Of a DNA stretch of 47,080 nucleotides, positions 8,598-19,177 are shown one piece after another. Source of the stretch: Minisyncoccota bacterium. GTDB lineage: Bacteria > Patescibacteriota > Minisyncoccia > Phycocordibacterales > UBA1006. The DNA lies in contig JAQVEZ010000004.1 of NCBI GenBank assembly GCA_028697455.1, positions 1-47,080 of the forward strand. Reading direction: 5' to 3'. Positions within the stretch are counted from its first letter, which is position 1. Every line of letters starts with the position of its first letter. The notes under the pieces were generated by a model. That model did not search any database and was not told where the DNA came from. It saw nothing but the letters and a program-made list of their open reading frames with translations. The position numbers were made by a program, and so were the translations under genes.

Positions 8598-9875
8598 TTA
8601 GCTGTTTTGTCCCTGCATTGCAGAAAGGAGTTGTTGGTAGAGCCCCAAGAGTTCGGTATAGACACTGATCAATGGATTATTATTAGTAAATCCGTTTTGT
8701 GGTCGACAGAAAGTCGTAACTCCCGCTGAACAGAATCTGGTTCCGAAGATGCTTGAGGATTTAGAGGATAGATCTATTTTTTTATCGGGATACTTTCCTA
8801 TCAATAAATCTCTTGGACTTAATGCAATGAACATATTATTCCCAAAAGTAATAACACTCGTTTCCCAAAAATCTCCCTCAGGTTCCTGCAAAGACTCCCA
8901 ATCCTCACCATTTTCTGAAATTAAAATTTGGTTAGCAAGCCCATATCCATTATCTCCTCCAACAGCAACAAATATATCATTACCATAAGCAACAGAGCTC
9001 CATAGTATATTTTCTGTCTCAGTATCGTTGAGAGACTAATTTTTTCCATCCTCTGATGTCATAACCATCCCATAAAAAGTAGGGTTAGAATATCGGTATC
9101 CCACAGCAACAAAAAGTCCTTTTTCTTTTGAATAAGTTACAGACATCCATGCTGATCCAAAAGGTTCTGGTGTTTCTTGTATTTCCCAGTTCAAACCATC
9201 ATTTGATGTCGAAATTTGATTTCCACTGTATCCTCCCGCAGCAACAAAAAGTCCTTTTTCTTTTGAATAAGTTACAGAAAATAATTCAGCTTGCCCTTCT
9301 ATTACTTGAGGGTCTGACCAAGCTATTCCATTGGTTGATGTCATAGACACACCACTATCTCCACTAGTTCTTCCAACGGCAACAAAAAGCCCGTCTCCAT
9401 CATCGTCATAACCATAGGTTACAGAGCTCCAATAAATATTCTCTGTTTTAGCGTCTTCATTAATAAGCCAAGATTCTCCATCTTCTGATGTCATAACATA
9501 ACCAGTCTGATCATAATAACCCTTCCCAACAGCAACAAAAAGTCCTTTTTCTTTTGAGTAAATAGCAGATCCCCAGCTTACTTGACTAGGGTCTTCTTCT
9601 GACTGTGGATTAAGAGGTGTCGTCCAATTTAATCCGTCTTTTGAAGTAGAAATAACGTCCTGATCGTGTTCCGAATCATAACCAAAAACAATAAACAGAT
9701 CTTGCCCTAGGTTATTGTATCCATGCGTTATAGAACCCCACCTTATATCGTAACTAAAACTATTGGGAACCTTTGACCACTCAATCTCCTGTGCTGATAA
9801 TATTCCAGCTCCTCCAAAGAGAAAAGCTGCTGCTAGTAAAAAGCTATAAATGTGTTTGTATATATGTTTTGTCAT
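8598..9875 (-). pseudogene. Secreted BNR/YVTN-like beta-propeller repeat protein (425 codons) interrupted by one in-frame TAG at 9036-9038
   Basis: Signal peptide plus repeats of W-x-S-V-T-Y...FVAVG...(M)TS-x-DG-x-x-W. The frame continues after the TAG (SLNDTETENILWSSVAYGNDIFVAVGG...) and joins track ORF 8598..8891 in phase. Confidence 0.8.
9106..9278. repeat. Two identical 38-bp intragenic direct repeats (9106-9143, 9241-9278) plus a 26-bp partial copy at 9532-9557
   Basis: GCAACAAAAAGTCCTTTTTCTTTTGAATAAGTTACAGA occurs twice exactly; it encodes SVTYSKEKGLFVA on the minus strand. Confidence 0.85.
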
Positions 9876-9883
9876 ACCCTCCT

Positions 9884-9915
9884 AGTATATCATTCTGCCC
9901 CCCCCCCCGAGTCAA
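9884..9915 (-). promoter_or_regulatory. Promoter with a G11 homopolymer in the -35/-10 spacer
   Basis: TTGACT (9915-9910), 20-nt spacer containing G11 (9908-9898), then TGa-TATACT (9889-9884), 8 nt before ATG 9875. Confidence 0.75.
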
Positions 9916-9980
9916 GCCTTTTATGAGAAATAAAAATAATCTGTGGATAAATAAAAAACACCTTTATACAAAAGTGTTTT

Positions 9981-12437
9981 TTATTTTACCTCTTCCCAAC
10001 CTGCAGAAAGGAAGTTATCGAGTTTTTTCTTTTTGATAGTTTTTATCTCTCCTCCTTTTCTAATCTTGATGTGATTATCAGAAGCAAAGCTTGGAGTTTC
10101 TTCTGCGACCTCTTTCGTTGATTCATTATTGTTTTGAATTTCAACATAAGAAAGAAGCTCAGAAACCTTGGCATAAAACTGATGATTCATTTCTTGATAG
10201 AGTCTCAATCCTTCCTTTTTATACTCAACAAGTGGATCTCTTTGTCCATAGGCACGAAGGTTCACTGATTGACGCGTGTATTCCATAACTTGGAGATGCT
10301 CCATCCAGAGCATATCAATCACGTACAAAGCAATACGAACCAAAGCATCTTCAAACTGTTCTTCGGTAAAGGCTTTTTTCTTCTCTTCAAGTTTTTGAGC
10401 AAAATCTCCTGCATTGAGAAAGACTTCTTCTTCTAGCTTTGCAATCTCTTCTTTATCTCGCAAGAGTATTTTTCTCCGCCGTTCATAAACGGTGTCTCGT
10501 TGATGAGAGAGAACGTTATCATAATCAAGCGTTGATTTTCGTGAGTCAAAGTGAAACCCTTCAACTTTTGCCTGAGCATTTTCGAGCTGGCGAGAAATCA
10601 TCTTGTTCTGAATAGCTTCGTCATCAGCAAGCTTCAAGGTTCCAATAATAGACTTCATTCGATCTCCTCCAAAAATTCTCATGAGAGAATCTTCAAGAGA
10701 AACGTAGAATTGTGTTTCTCCAACATCCCCCTGTCGCCCTGATCGTCCTCGTAGCTGGTCATCGATTCTTCGCGCGTCGTGACGCTCAGTTCCCAGAACA
10801 AAGAGTCCTCCGAGATCTTTAACCTCTTGCTCTTCTTCTGGGGTTGCTGGATTTCCTCCAAGCTTAATATCAACTCCTCGTCCTGCCATGTTAGTTGCAA
10901 TAACAACAGATCCTGGTTTCCCTGCTTGCGCAATAATTTCCCCTTCTCGCTCGTGGTTCTTTGCGTTCAAAAGCTCATGCTTTACTCCTGCCTGAGTAAG
11001 ATACGCAGAAAGAAGCTCATTGTTCTCAACCGAAACAGTACCCACGAGAACAGGTTGGCCCTTTTTTTGTTTTTCTTTTACTTTTTCAGCAATGGCTTTG
11101 AATTTTGCTTCTTCCGTTTGATAGATTAAATCGATATTATCAATTCTCTGAATGGGTCGATTTGTTGGGATAACCACAACATCAAGTCCATAAACCTTTT
11201 GGAATTCTTCTTCTGAAGTCTTCCCTGTTCCTGTCATACCAGAAAGTTTTCGATAAAACTTAAAATAATTTTGATAGGTAATAGAGGCGAGTGTTTTTGA
11301 CTCTTGTTGAATAGGAACTCGCTCTTTAGCTTCGAGCGCTTGGTGAAGTCCGTCTGAATATCGTCGCCCTTCTTGGAGTCGCCCAGTAAACTGATCGACA
11401 ATAATCACCTCATTGTTTTGGATAACATAATCTCGATCTCGCTGGAAAACAGCATGTGCTCTCAAGGCAGTTTCAAGATGGTGGACGAGTTTGATATTTT
11501 CTTGGGTATAAATATTTTTTATTTTGAGAGCTTTTTCAGCTTTAGAGATTCCTTGGTCAGTAATAGAAACCGCCCGAAGCTTTTCATCAAGGGTATAGTC
11601 AGTTCCCAACACTAAAGACTTTGCAAGAGAGTCCATTGCCATGTAAAGACCTTCTGCATCTTCTGCAGCCGTAGAGAGAATAAGTGGAACTCTCGCCTCG
11701 TCGATAAGAATCGAATCGACCTCGTCAACTACAGCAAAGACATGCCCTCGTTGAACGAGTTGGAGTTTTTGTTGTGCAGTATTATCCCGCAAGTAATCAA
11801 AACCAAACTGGCTGTTGGTTCCGTAGGTAATATCACAAGCGTATGATTGTCTTCGAGTACTTGGCTTGAGAAAGTCGTGAAAAACTCGGAAAGATCCCAA
11901 TTCATCTCGTTCTTTGTCTACCTCTGATTGTACGTGTTCTGCTTCGTATACAAAAGAAAGATTTTGGTCATTAATAACACCAACACTCAAACCATGGAAA
12001 TCAAATATCTGTCCCATCCACTGAGCATCTCTTCGTGCAAGGTAGTCATTGACCGTAACCACATGAACCCCTTCTCCGGTTAGGGCGTTGAGATACACGG
12101 CAAGGGTTGATACCAAGGTCTTTCCTTCTCCTGTTCTCATTTCTGCTATTTTTCCCCAGTGGAGAACCATTCCTCCTATCATCTGAACATCATAATGTCG
12201 CTGCCCTAAGGTTCGTACTGAGGTTTCTCGAACAACAGCAAAAGCCTCGGGCAACAAATCATCAAGACTCTCTCCCTGTGAAAGTCGTTCTTTGAACTCA
12301 GCGGTTTTGAGTTTGAGATCTGCGTTTGATAATTTTTGGAGTTCTGGTTCGTAGGCATTGATTGTTTCAACAATTTTTCGTGCCTTTTTGAGGACTCTCG
12401 TATTTTCATTAGAAATAAGGTTTAAAAGTATATTCAT
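9981..12437 (-). CDS. secA: Preprotein translocase ATPase SecA
   Basis: MRTGEGKT, VHVVTVNDYLARRD, DEVDSILIDEARVPL, TNMAGRGVDIKLG, QLRGRSGRQGD, QRDPLVEYK. Confidence 0.98.
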   Translation of the reverse strand: MNILLNLISNENTRVLKKARKIVETINAYEPELQKLSNADLKLKTAEFKERLSQGESLDDLLPEAFAVVRETSVRTLGQRHYDVQMIGGMVLHWGKIAEMRTGEGKTLVSTLAVYLNALTGEGVHVVTVNDYLARRDAQWMGQIFDFHGLSVGVINDQNLSFVYEAEHVQSEVDKERDELGSFRVFHDFLKPSTRRQSYACDITYGTNSQFGFDYLRDNTAQQKLQLVQRGHVFAVVDEVDSILIDEARVPLILSTAAEDAEGLYMAMDSLAKSLVLGTDYTLDEKLRAVSITDQGISKAEKALKIKNIYTQENIKLVHHLETALRAHAVFQRDRDYVIQNNEVIIVDQFTGRLQEGRRYSDGLHQALEAKERVPIQQESKTLASITYQNYFKFYRKLSGMTGTGKTSEEEFQKVYGLDVVVIPTNRPIQRIDNIDLIYQTEEAKFKAIAEKVKEKQKKGQPVLVGTVSVENNELLSAYLTQAGVKHELLNAKNHEREGEIIAQAGKPGSVVIATNMAGRGVDIKLGGNPATPEEEQEVKDLGGLFVLGTERHDARRIDDQLRGRSGRQGDVGETQFYVSLEDSLMRIFGGDRMKSIIGTLKLADDEAIQNKMISRQLENAQAKVEGFHFDSRKSTLDYDNVLSHQRDTVYERRRKILLRDKEEIAKLEEEVFLNAGDFAQKLEEKKKAFTEEQFEDALVRIALYVIDMLWMEHLQVMEYTRQSVNLRAYGQRDPLVEYKKEGLRLYQEMNHQFYAKVSELLSYVEIQNNNESTKEVAEETPSFASDNHIKIRKGGEIKTIKKKKLDNFLSAGWEEVK

Positions 12438-12463
12438 AGAGCAAAGTGTAGCATAAAATAATC

Positions 12464-12491
12464 AAAAAAACAGATGCAAAAACATCTGTTT
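12464..12491 (-). terminator. Intrinsic terminator of the candidate ncRNA
   Basis: Minus strand AAACAGATG-TTTTTG-CATCTGTTT followed by a T run. Confidence 0.75.
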
Positions 12492-12495
12492 CCCT

Positions 12496-12578
12496 TCCCC
12501 TCCAAAGAGAGCCAACGGGTGCGAGCTCCACTAAACATCCTATGTGAGTGCCGCCGTTGGCTCTCTTTAGAGAGGACT
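12496..12578 (-). ncRNA. Candidate rod-shaped structured RNA (SRP-RNA-like size and shape, or novel)
   Basis: 23-bp basal stem (12576-12554 with 12518-12496) that is fully paired only on the minus strand via G-U wobbles, a 35-nt apical region, an extended -10 TGt-TATACT at 12593-12585 and a downstream terminator. Confidence 0.6.
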
Positions 12579-12643
12579 CAATAAAGTATAACAAAGCTCA
12601 AATAAAAAACCAAAGATAAAAGCTTGTTTATCAATGGGTTTCT

Positions 12644-13120
12644 TTACTCTGCGGGAGTTTCTTCTGCTCCCTCAGGTTCTGCCCTTACTTCTTCCTCGGA
12701 AGTCTCTTCAGCAGGAGCTTCTTCATTTTCAGCAGGGGCTTCTACTGGAGCTTCCTCTACTCCTTCTGTTTTTTCAGTCTGTGCTTCTTCTGCAGGAGCT
12801 GCCACTTCAGGCTGAGCTACCTCAGACTCTGGTTCTTCTTTCTTGATAGCTGTCTTTTTAGGAAGAACATTTTTCTTTCTTCCAGAAACAATACCTTGAT
12901 CAACAAGCATATTATAAACGGTATCAGAGATTTGAACCCCTTTTGCTATCCAAGATTGAATACTTTCTTTATCCAAAGAAATTGTTCCCATTTTTGGATT
13001 ATAAGAACCAACAATGTCTATATACTTTCGTGACTTTGGTCCTTTTGTTTTTTCAATAACTACCACCTTAAAATGTGGTTGGTTTCTTCTTCCAATTCGC
13101 TGTAATCTTAACATCAACAT
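12644..13120 (-). CDS. rpsP: 30S ribosomal protein S16 with acidic A/E/P-rich C-terminal tail
   Basis: MLRLQRIGRRNQPHFKVVV, GSYNP, WIAKGVQISDTV. Confidence 0.96.
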   Translation of the reverse strand: MLMLRLQRIGRRNQPHFKVVVIEKTKGPKSRKYIDIVGSYNPKMGTISLDKESIQSWIAKGVQISDTVYNMLVDQGIVSGRKKNVLPKKTAIKKEEPESEVAQPEVAAPAEEAQTEKTEGVEEAPVEAPAENEEAPAEETSEEEVRAEPEGAEETPAE

Positions 13121-13210
13121 ATGGACTAGATAGTACCGAATTATTTTTTTTTGGCAAGCTTTCTCTCAAAAATAAATGCGAAAAAGGAATTTATGCTATA
13201 ATAGCCCAAT

Positions 13211-15139
13211 ATGAAAGAAAAGCAGGATTTTGAAGGTGTTTTTTCGCTTGGAAAAAACGGAGTCGCTTTCGTAAAAAATAAGAAAAACGGAGAAACGATA
13301 GAAATCCCTTCTCACGAGGGAAATACGGCTCTCCACAAAGATATTGTTCTTGTCGCTATCACAAAGCCTGAATTAAACGAAGGAAGGGTTCTCAAGGTTC
13401 TCGAAAGGGCTCATAAAGGTTTTGTTGGTATTCTGAGAGAGCTCAATGGGAAATTTATTCTTGAACCTGATAATTTCAAAATACCTCATATTGAAATTAC
13501 AAACCCTCCCAAAAACACCAAGAGTATTGGGAATAAAGTTTTCGTAAACATAACGCAATATAAACCGAATCTCAAAGGAATAATGGAAGCTGATCTTGGA
13601 GACCCAAAATCAAATGATGCCATTATGAAAGGAATAGCACGAGAAGAAGGTTTTACTGATACGTTTCCTCAAAAGGTACTCGATGAGGGGGAGAAACTTC
13701 GAGCAGAAAAAATTGAAGAAGATGAAAAGAAAAAAAGACGGGATATGCGATCGGTAACAACTTTTACAATTGACCCCCAAGATGCCAAAGATTTTGACGA
13801 TGCTCTTTCTATTCAAAAACTTAAAAATAATAATTATGAAATAGGAATCCATATCGCAGATGTTTCTCACTATGTGAGAATGAACTCCCCCATCGATATC
13901 GAAGCTCAAGAAAGAACGACTTCGGTTTACCTCGTTGACAGGACTATCCCGATGCTCCCAGAGGTTCTTTCAAACGATCTATGTTCCTTGAGACCTAACG
14001 AGGAACGACTCGCTTTTTCGGTTGTTCTTGAGGTTCACCCAAGCTCAGGAAAAATTCTCAATCAATGGTTTGGAAAAACTCTTATTAAATCCGATAAGAG
14101 GTTTTCTTATGAAGAAGCTCAAGAAATTATTGATAAGAAACAGGGAGATTTTGTTGAAGAACTCTTGACGCTCGATGCTCTTGCAAAAATATACGAAAAA
14201 GAACGATACAAAGATGGTTCTCTTGACTTTGAAACCAATGAAGTAAAATTTGTCCTCGATGAAAATGGTGTTCCCCTCAAGGTGGCGCTCAAAAAACGTA
14301 TTGATACGAACAAACTCATTGAAGAGTTCATGCTCTTGGCAAACAGGAGGGTTTCTGAATACATGCAAAAATCCCCGTTCTTTATTTATCGTGTTCATGA
14401 TAAACCCGAGCCAGAACGAGTAGAAACCCTCAAAGAATTTCTTAACATTCTGGGTTATCACCCAAAACTCGTAGATGGTATTATAGAAAAAAAAGAACTC
14501 CAAAGAATTATCAAAGACGCTGAAGGAAAAGCGATTTCAGATGCTCTTCAAACGGTCATTGTTCGGTCTATGCAGAAGGCTGTATACACGACAAAAAACA
14601 TTGGGCACTTTGGGCTTTCCTTTAAGTTTTATTCGCATTTTACATCTCCTATTCGAAGATACCCTGACGTTGTTGCTCATCGACTTCTCTACGCACAATT
14701 ACAGCACCAAGAGCTCCCCTACACCCAAGATTGGGTTGAGAAAATCTGTTCAAAAAGCTCTCAGCAAGAACAAAAAGCCGTGAATGCAGAAAGAAACTCC
14801 ATCAAGCTCAAGCAGGTTGAATACATGGCGCAAAAGAAGGCTAGCGAAATTTTCTCAGGAGTTGTCACAGGAGCAAGTAAGTTTGGTGTTTTTGTTGCGG
14901 AAGAAAAGTCTCTCTCAGAAGGAATGATTCGGCTTTTTGATCTTGGAGATGATTTTTGGGAATATAAAGAAAAAGCAGGAATTATTGTTGGGAAAAAAAC
15001 CAAAAAAATCTTTAAAATTGGAGATATTGTTAAAATAAAAATCAAAAGAATTGATATCCCCAAAAAACTTATTGATTACGAATTAGCAAAGGAAACAAAT
15101 CAAAAAACCGATACAAAGAAGTTCTATGAAAAAAAATAG
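13211..15139 (+). CDS. rnr: Ribonuclease R (RNB and S1 domains)
   Basis: FTIDPQDAKDFDDALS, HIADVSHYV, IEEFMLLAN, HFTSPIRRYPD, C-terminal S1 domain. Confidence 0.95.
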   Translation: MKEKQDFEGVFSLGKNGVAFVKNKKNGETIEIPSHEGNTALHKDIVLVAITKPELNEGRVLKVLERAHKGFVGILRELNGKFILEPDNFKIPHIEITNPPKNTKSIGNKVFVNITQYKPNLKGIMEADLGDPKSNDAIMKGIAREEGFTDTFPQKVLDEGEKLRAEKIEEDEKKKRRDMRSVTTFTIDPQDAKDFDDALSIQKLKNNNYEIGIHIADVSHYVRMNSPIDIEAQERTTSVYLVDRTIPMLPEVLSNDLCSLRPNEERLAFSVVLEVHPSSGKILNQWFGKTLIKSDKRFSYEEAQEIIDKKQGDFVEELLTLDALAKIYEKERYKDGSLDFETNEVKFVLDENGVPLKVALKKRIDTNKLIEEFMLLANRRVSEYMQKSPFFIYRVHDKPEPERVETLKEFLNILGYHPKLVDGIIEKKELQRIIKDAEGKAISDALQTVIVRSMQKAVYTTKNIGHFGLSFKFYSHFTSPIRRYPDVVAHRLLYAQLQHQELPYTQDWVEKICSKSSQQEQKAVNAERNSIKLKQVEYMAQKKASEIFSGVVTGASKFGVFVAEEKSLSEGMIRLFDLGDDFWEYKEKAGIIVGKKTKKIFKIGDIVKIKIKRIDIPKKLIDYELAKETNQKTDTKKFYEKK

Positions 15140-16098
15140 AAAAAACATTTTAATACAAAGCACTCTAGCTCTCTTGTTTATTCTCGCGAGCTTCTTTTTG
15201 TTTTCTCTTGCTTTTGGCCTCCAAAAAAACGATACTTTTTCTTTTTTTACCCCTCCAGAAAAAACAGGTGAAAGAAAATCAATTACGAGCACCAAACAAC
15301 TTGATTTTATTAATTTTCAAAGAAATGGGTATGAAAGAAATGATCTTGAGTATATTCTCCAACACAAAGAAGAGCTTTCGTCTCTCAGTGCACAAAGTTT
15401 TTTAATTGGAGATCTTGATACAGGAGAAATTATTTTTGAAAAAAAATCCAATACTATTTTTCCTATTGCTTCGGTGACCAAGTTTATGACAGCACTCACT
15501 GCGATTGAGACGCTTGGTCCAAACGAACTTGCAACCATAACAAAAGAAAAAGTTGCTGTTCCAGGAGGAAATCGTGCTCAGTTTGTTATCGGGGACACCC
15601 TCACCATTCGTGAACTTATCTACCCTCTTCTTCTTGTGTCTGCGAATGACGCTGGGGAAATTATTGCTCAACAACATAACCACGATATTTTTATGAGCAA
15701 TATGAATCAATATGCAAAAAGGATTGGTATGGAGCAAAGTTTTTTTGAAGATCCAACAGGGCTCTCAAATAAAAATACCTCAACAGCACAAGACCTCTTT
15801 AAAATGATGATTTTTGTGAAAGAGCAAAACCCAGAAATTATTGAAGTTTCTCGATTAAATTTTAAAAGAATTGGAAAATACCTTTGGCAAAATATCAACA
15901 AAGCAGCGGCGTTTCCAGGATTCTTTGGAGGAAAAACTGGATTTACCAGCGCTGCAAAATACACCAGCATTGGTTATTACAAGGTAACTCTTGCCAATGA
16001 CCAAACAAGGAACATTGGGGTTGTAATTCTCCAATCAAACTCACGAGAAAGTGATACGAAGAAAATTCTTCTCTACCTTTCAAAATATGTTGCCTATT

Positions 16099-16103
<5 letters not shown>
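15126..16103 (+). CDS. Membrane-anchored D-alanyl-D-alanine carboxypeptidase (peptidase S11)
   Basis: N-terminal TM segment; SxxK (IASVTK), SxN (SAN), KTG (GKTGFT). Confidence 0.9.
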
Positions 16104-18112
<2,009 letters not shown>

Positions 18113-18132
<20 letters not shown>

Positions 18133-19171
18133 CGTCTTGGTGAATAAGTACTTGTTTATAAAGGTCAATATCTTCAAAAACAGCTCCTGTTCCGTGAGAA
18201 ACAACAAGGAGCGGTGTTTCTGAAATATATACGGGAATATCAAGCTCTTGTGACAAAAGCTCATCGAGTCCTCCAATGAGAGCTCCTCCCCCAACGAGAT
18301 AAATTCCTCGTTGCATAACGTCAGAAACTATTTCTGGTGGAGTTTTTTCAAGAACTTCTTTTGTTCCATCAATAAGATTTTCAATAGAAAAGTAGATAGC
18401 TTCTCGAATATCGTGATTATTTACAAGAATCTGTCGAGGGAGTCCGGTAATAACATCTCGACCTCGAACTTCTGATTCGAGATTTTCATGGTTGTGAATA
18501 ACACCAATTTTAATTTTGATATCTTCTGCTGTTTTTTCTCCAACGGAGACTTTAAACTCATCACGAAGATAACTGATGATATCTTGATTAAGTTTATCTC
18601 CTGCGATCTTGAGATTCTTTGATTGCACAACTCCCCCAAGAGAAATTACCGCGATATCGGTTGTTCCTCCTCCGATGTCAATAATCATGGAACCAACTGC
18701 ATCGAGAATAGGAAGTCCTAATCCAATAGCTGCAGCCATGGGTTCCTCAATAATATAAACTTCACGTGCCCCAGCATTTCGTGCGGCATCATAAACCGCT
18801 CGATGCTCAACGTTGGTAATCCCCGAAGGAACGCCAATAACAACTCGAGGACGGAAAAATCTCCTTGAGCTCTTTTCTGCCTTACGAATAAAATATGCAA
18901 GCATTTCTTCGGTGACATCAAAATCCGAAATTACCCCATCAACAAGGGGTCGAACGATTTTAATATGAGAAGGATTTCTTCCAAGCATTTCTTTGGCGTC
19001 TTTTCCGACAGCAACAACACGCCCAGTCTTTACATTAAGGGCAACAACAGAAGGTTCGTTGATAATAACTCCTGTTCCTTGGATATAAACCAAAGTATTC
19101 GCTGTTCCTAAATCAATTCCAATATGATTTGAAAAACGGTTATAAATTTTATGTAATAAATTATTCAACAT
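18113..19171 (-). CDS. mreB: Rod shape-determining protein MreB
   Basis: GIDLGTANT, INEPSVVA, IEEPMAAAIG, DIGGGTTD, LVGGGALI. Confidence 0.97.
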
Positions 19172-19177
19172 ATAGTT

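Noticed and set aside
9106-9557. Repeats as a CRISPR array or DGR template/variable repeats
   Set aside because: They are in-frame protein repeats, with no cas or reverse transcriptase gene nearby and no adenine-specific mismatch pattern.
12409-12594. 61-aa minus-strand ORF over the hairpin
   Set aside because: It overlaps the secA start out of frame and crosses a promoter and terminator; the RNA structure explains the region better.
12644-12850. Low-complexity repeated sequence as a possible repeat array
   Set aside because: It encodes the A/E/P-rich tail of S16; there are no fixed-length repeats or spacers, so it is not CRISPR.
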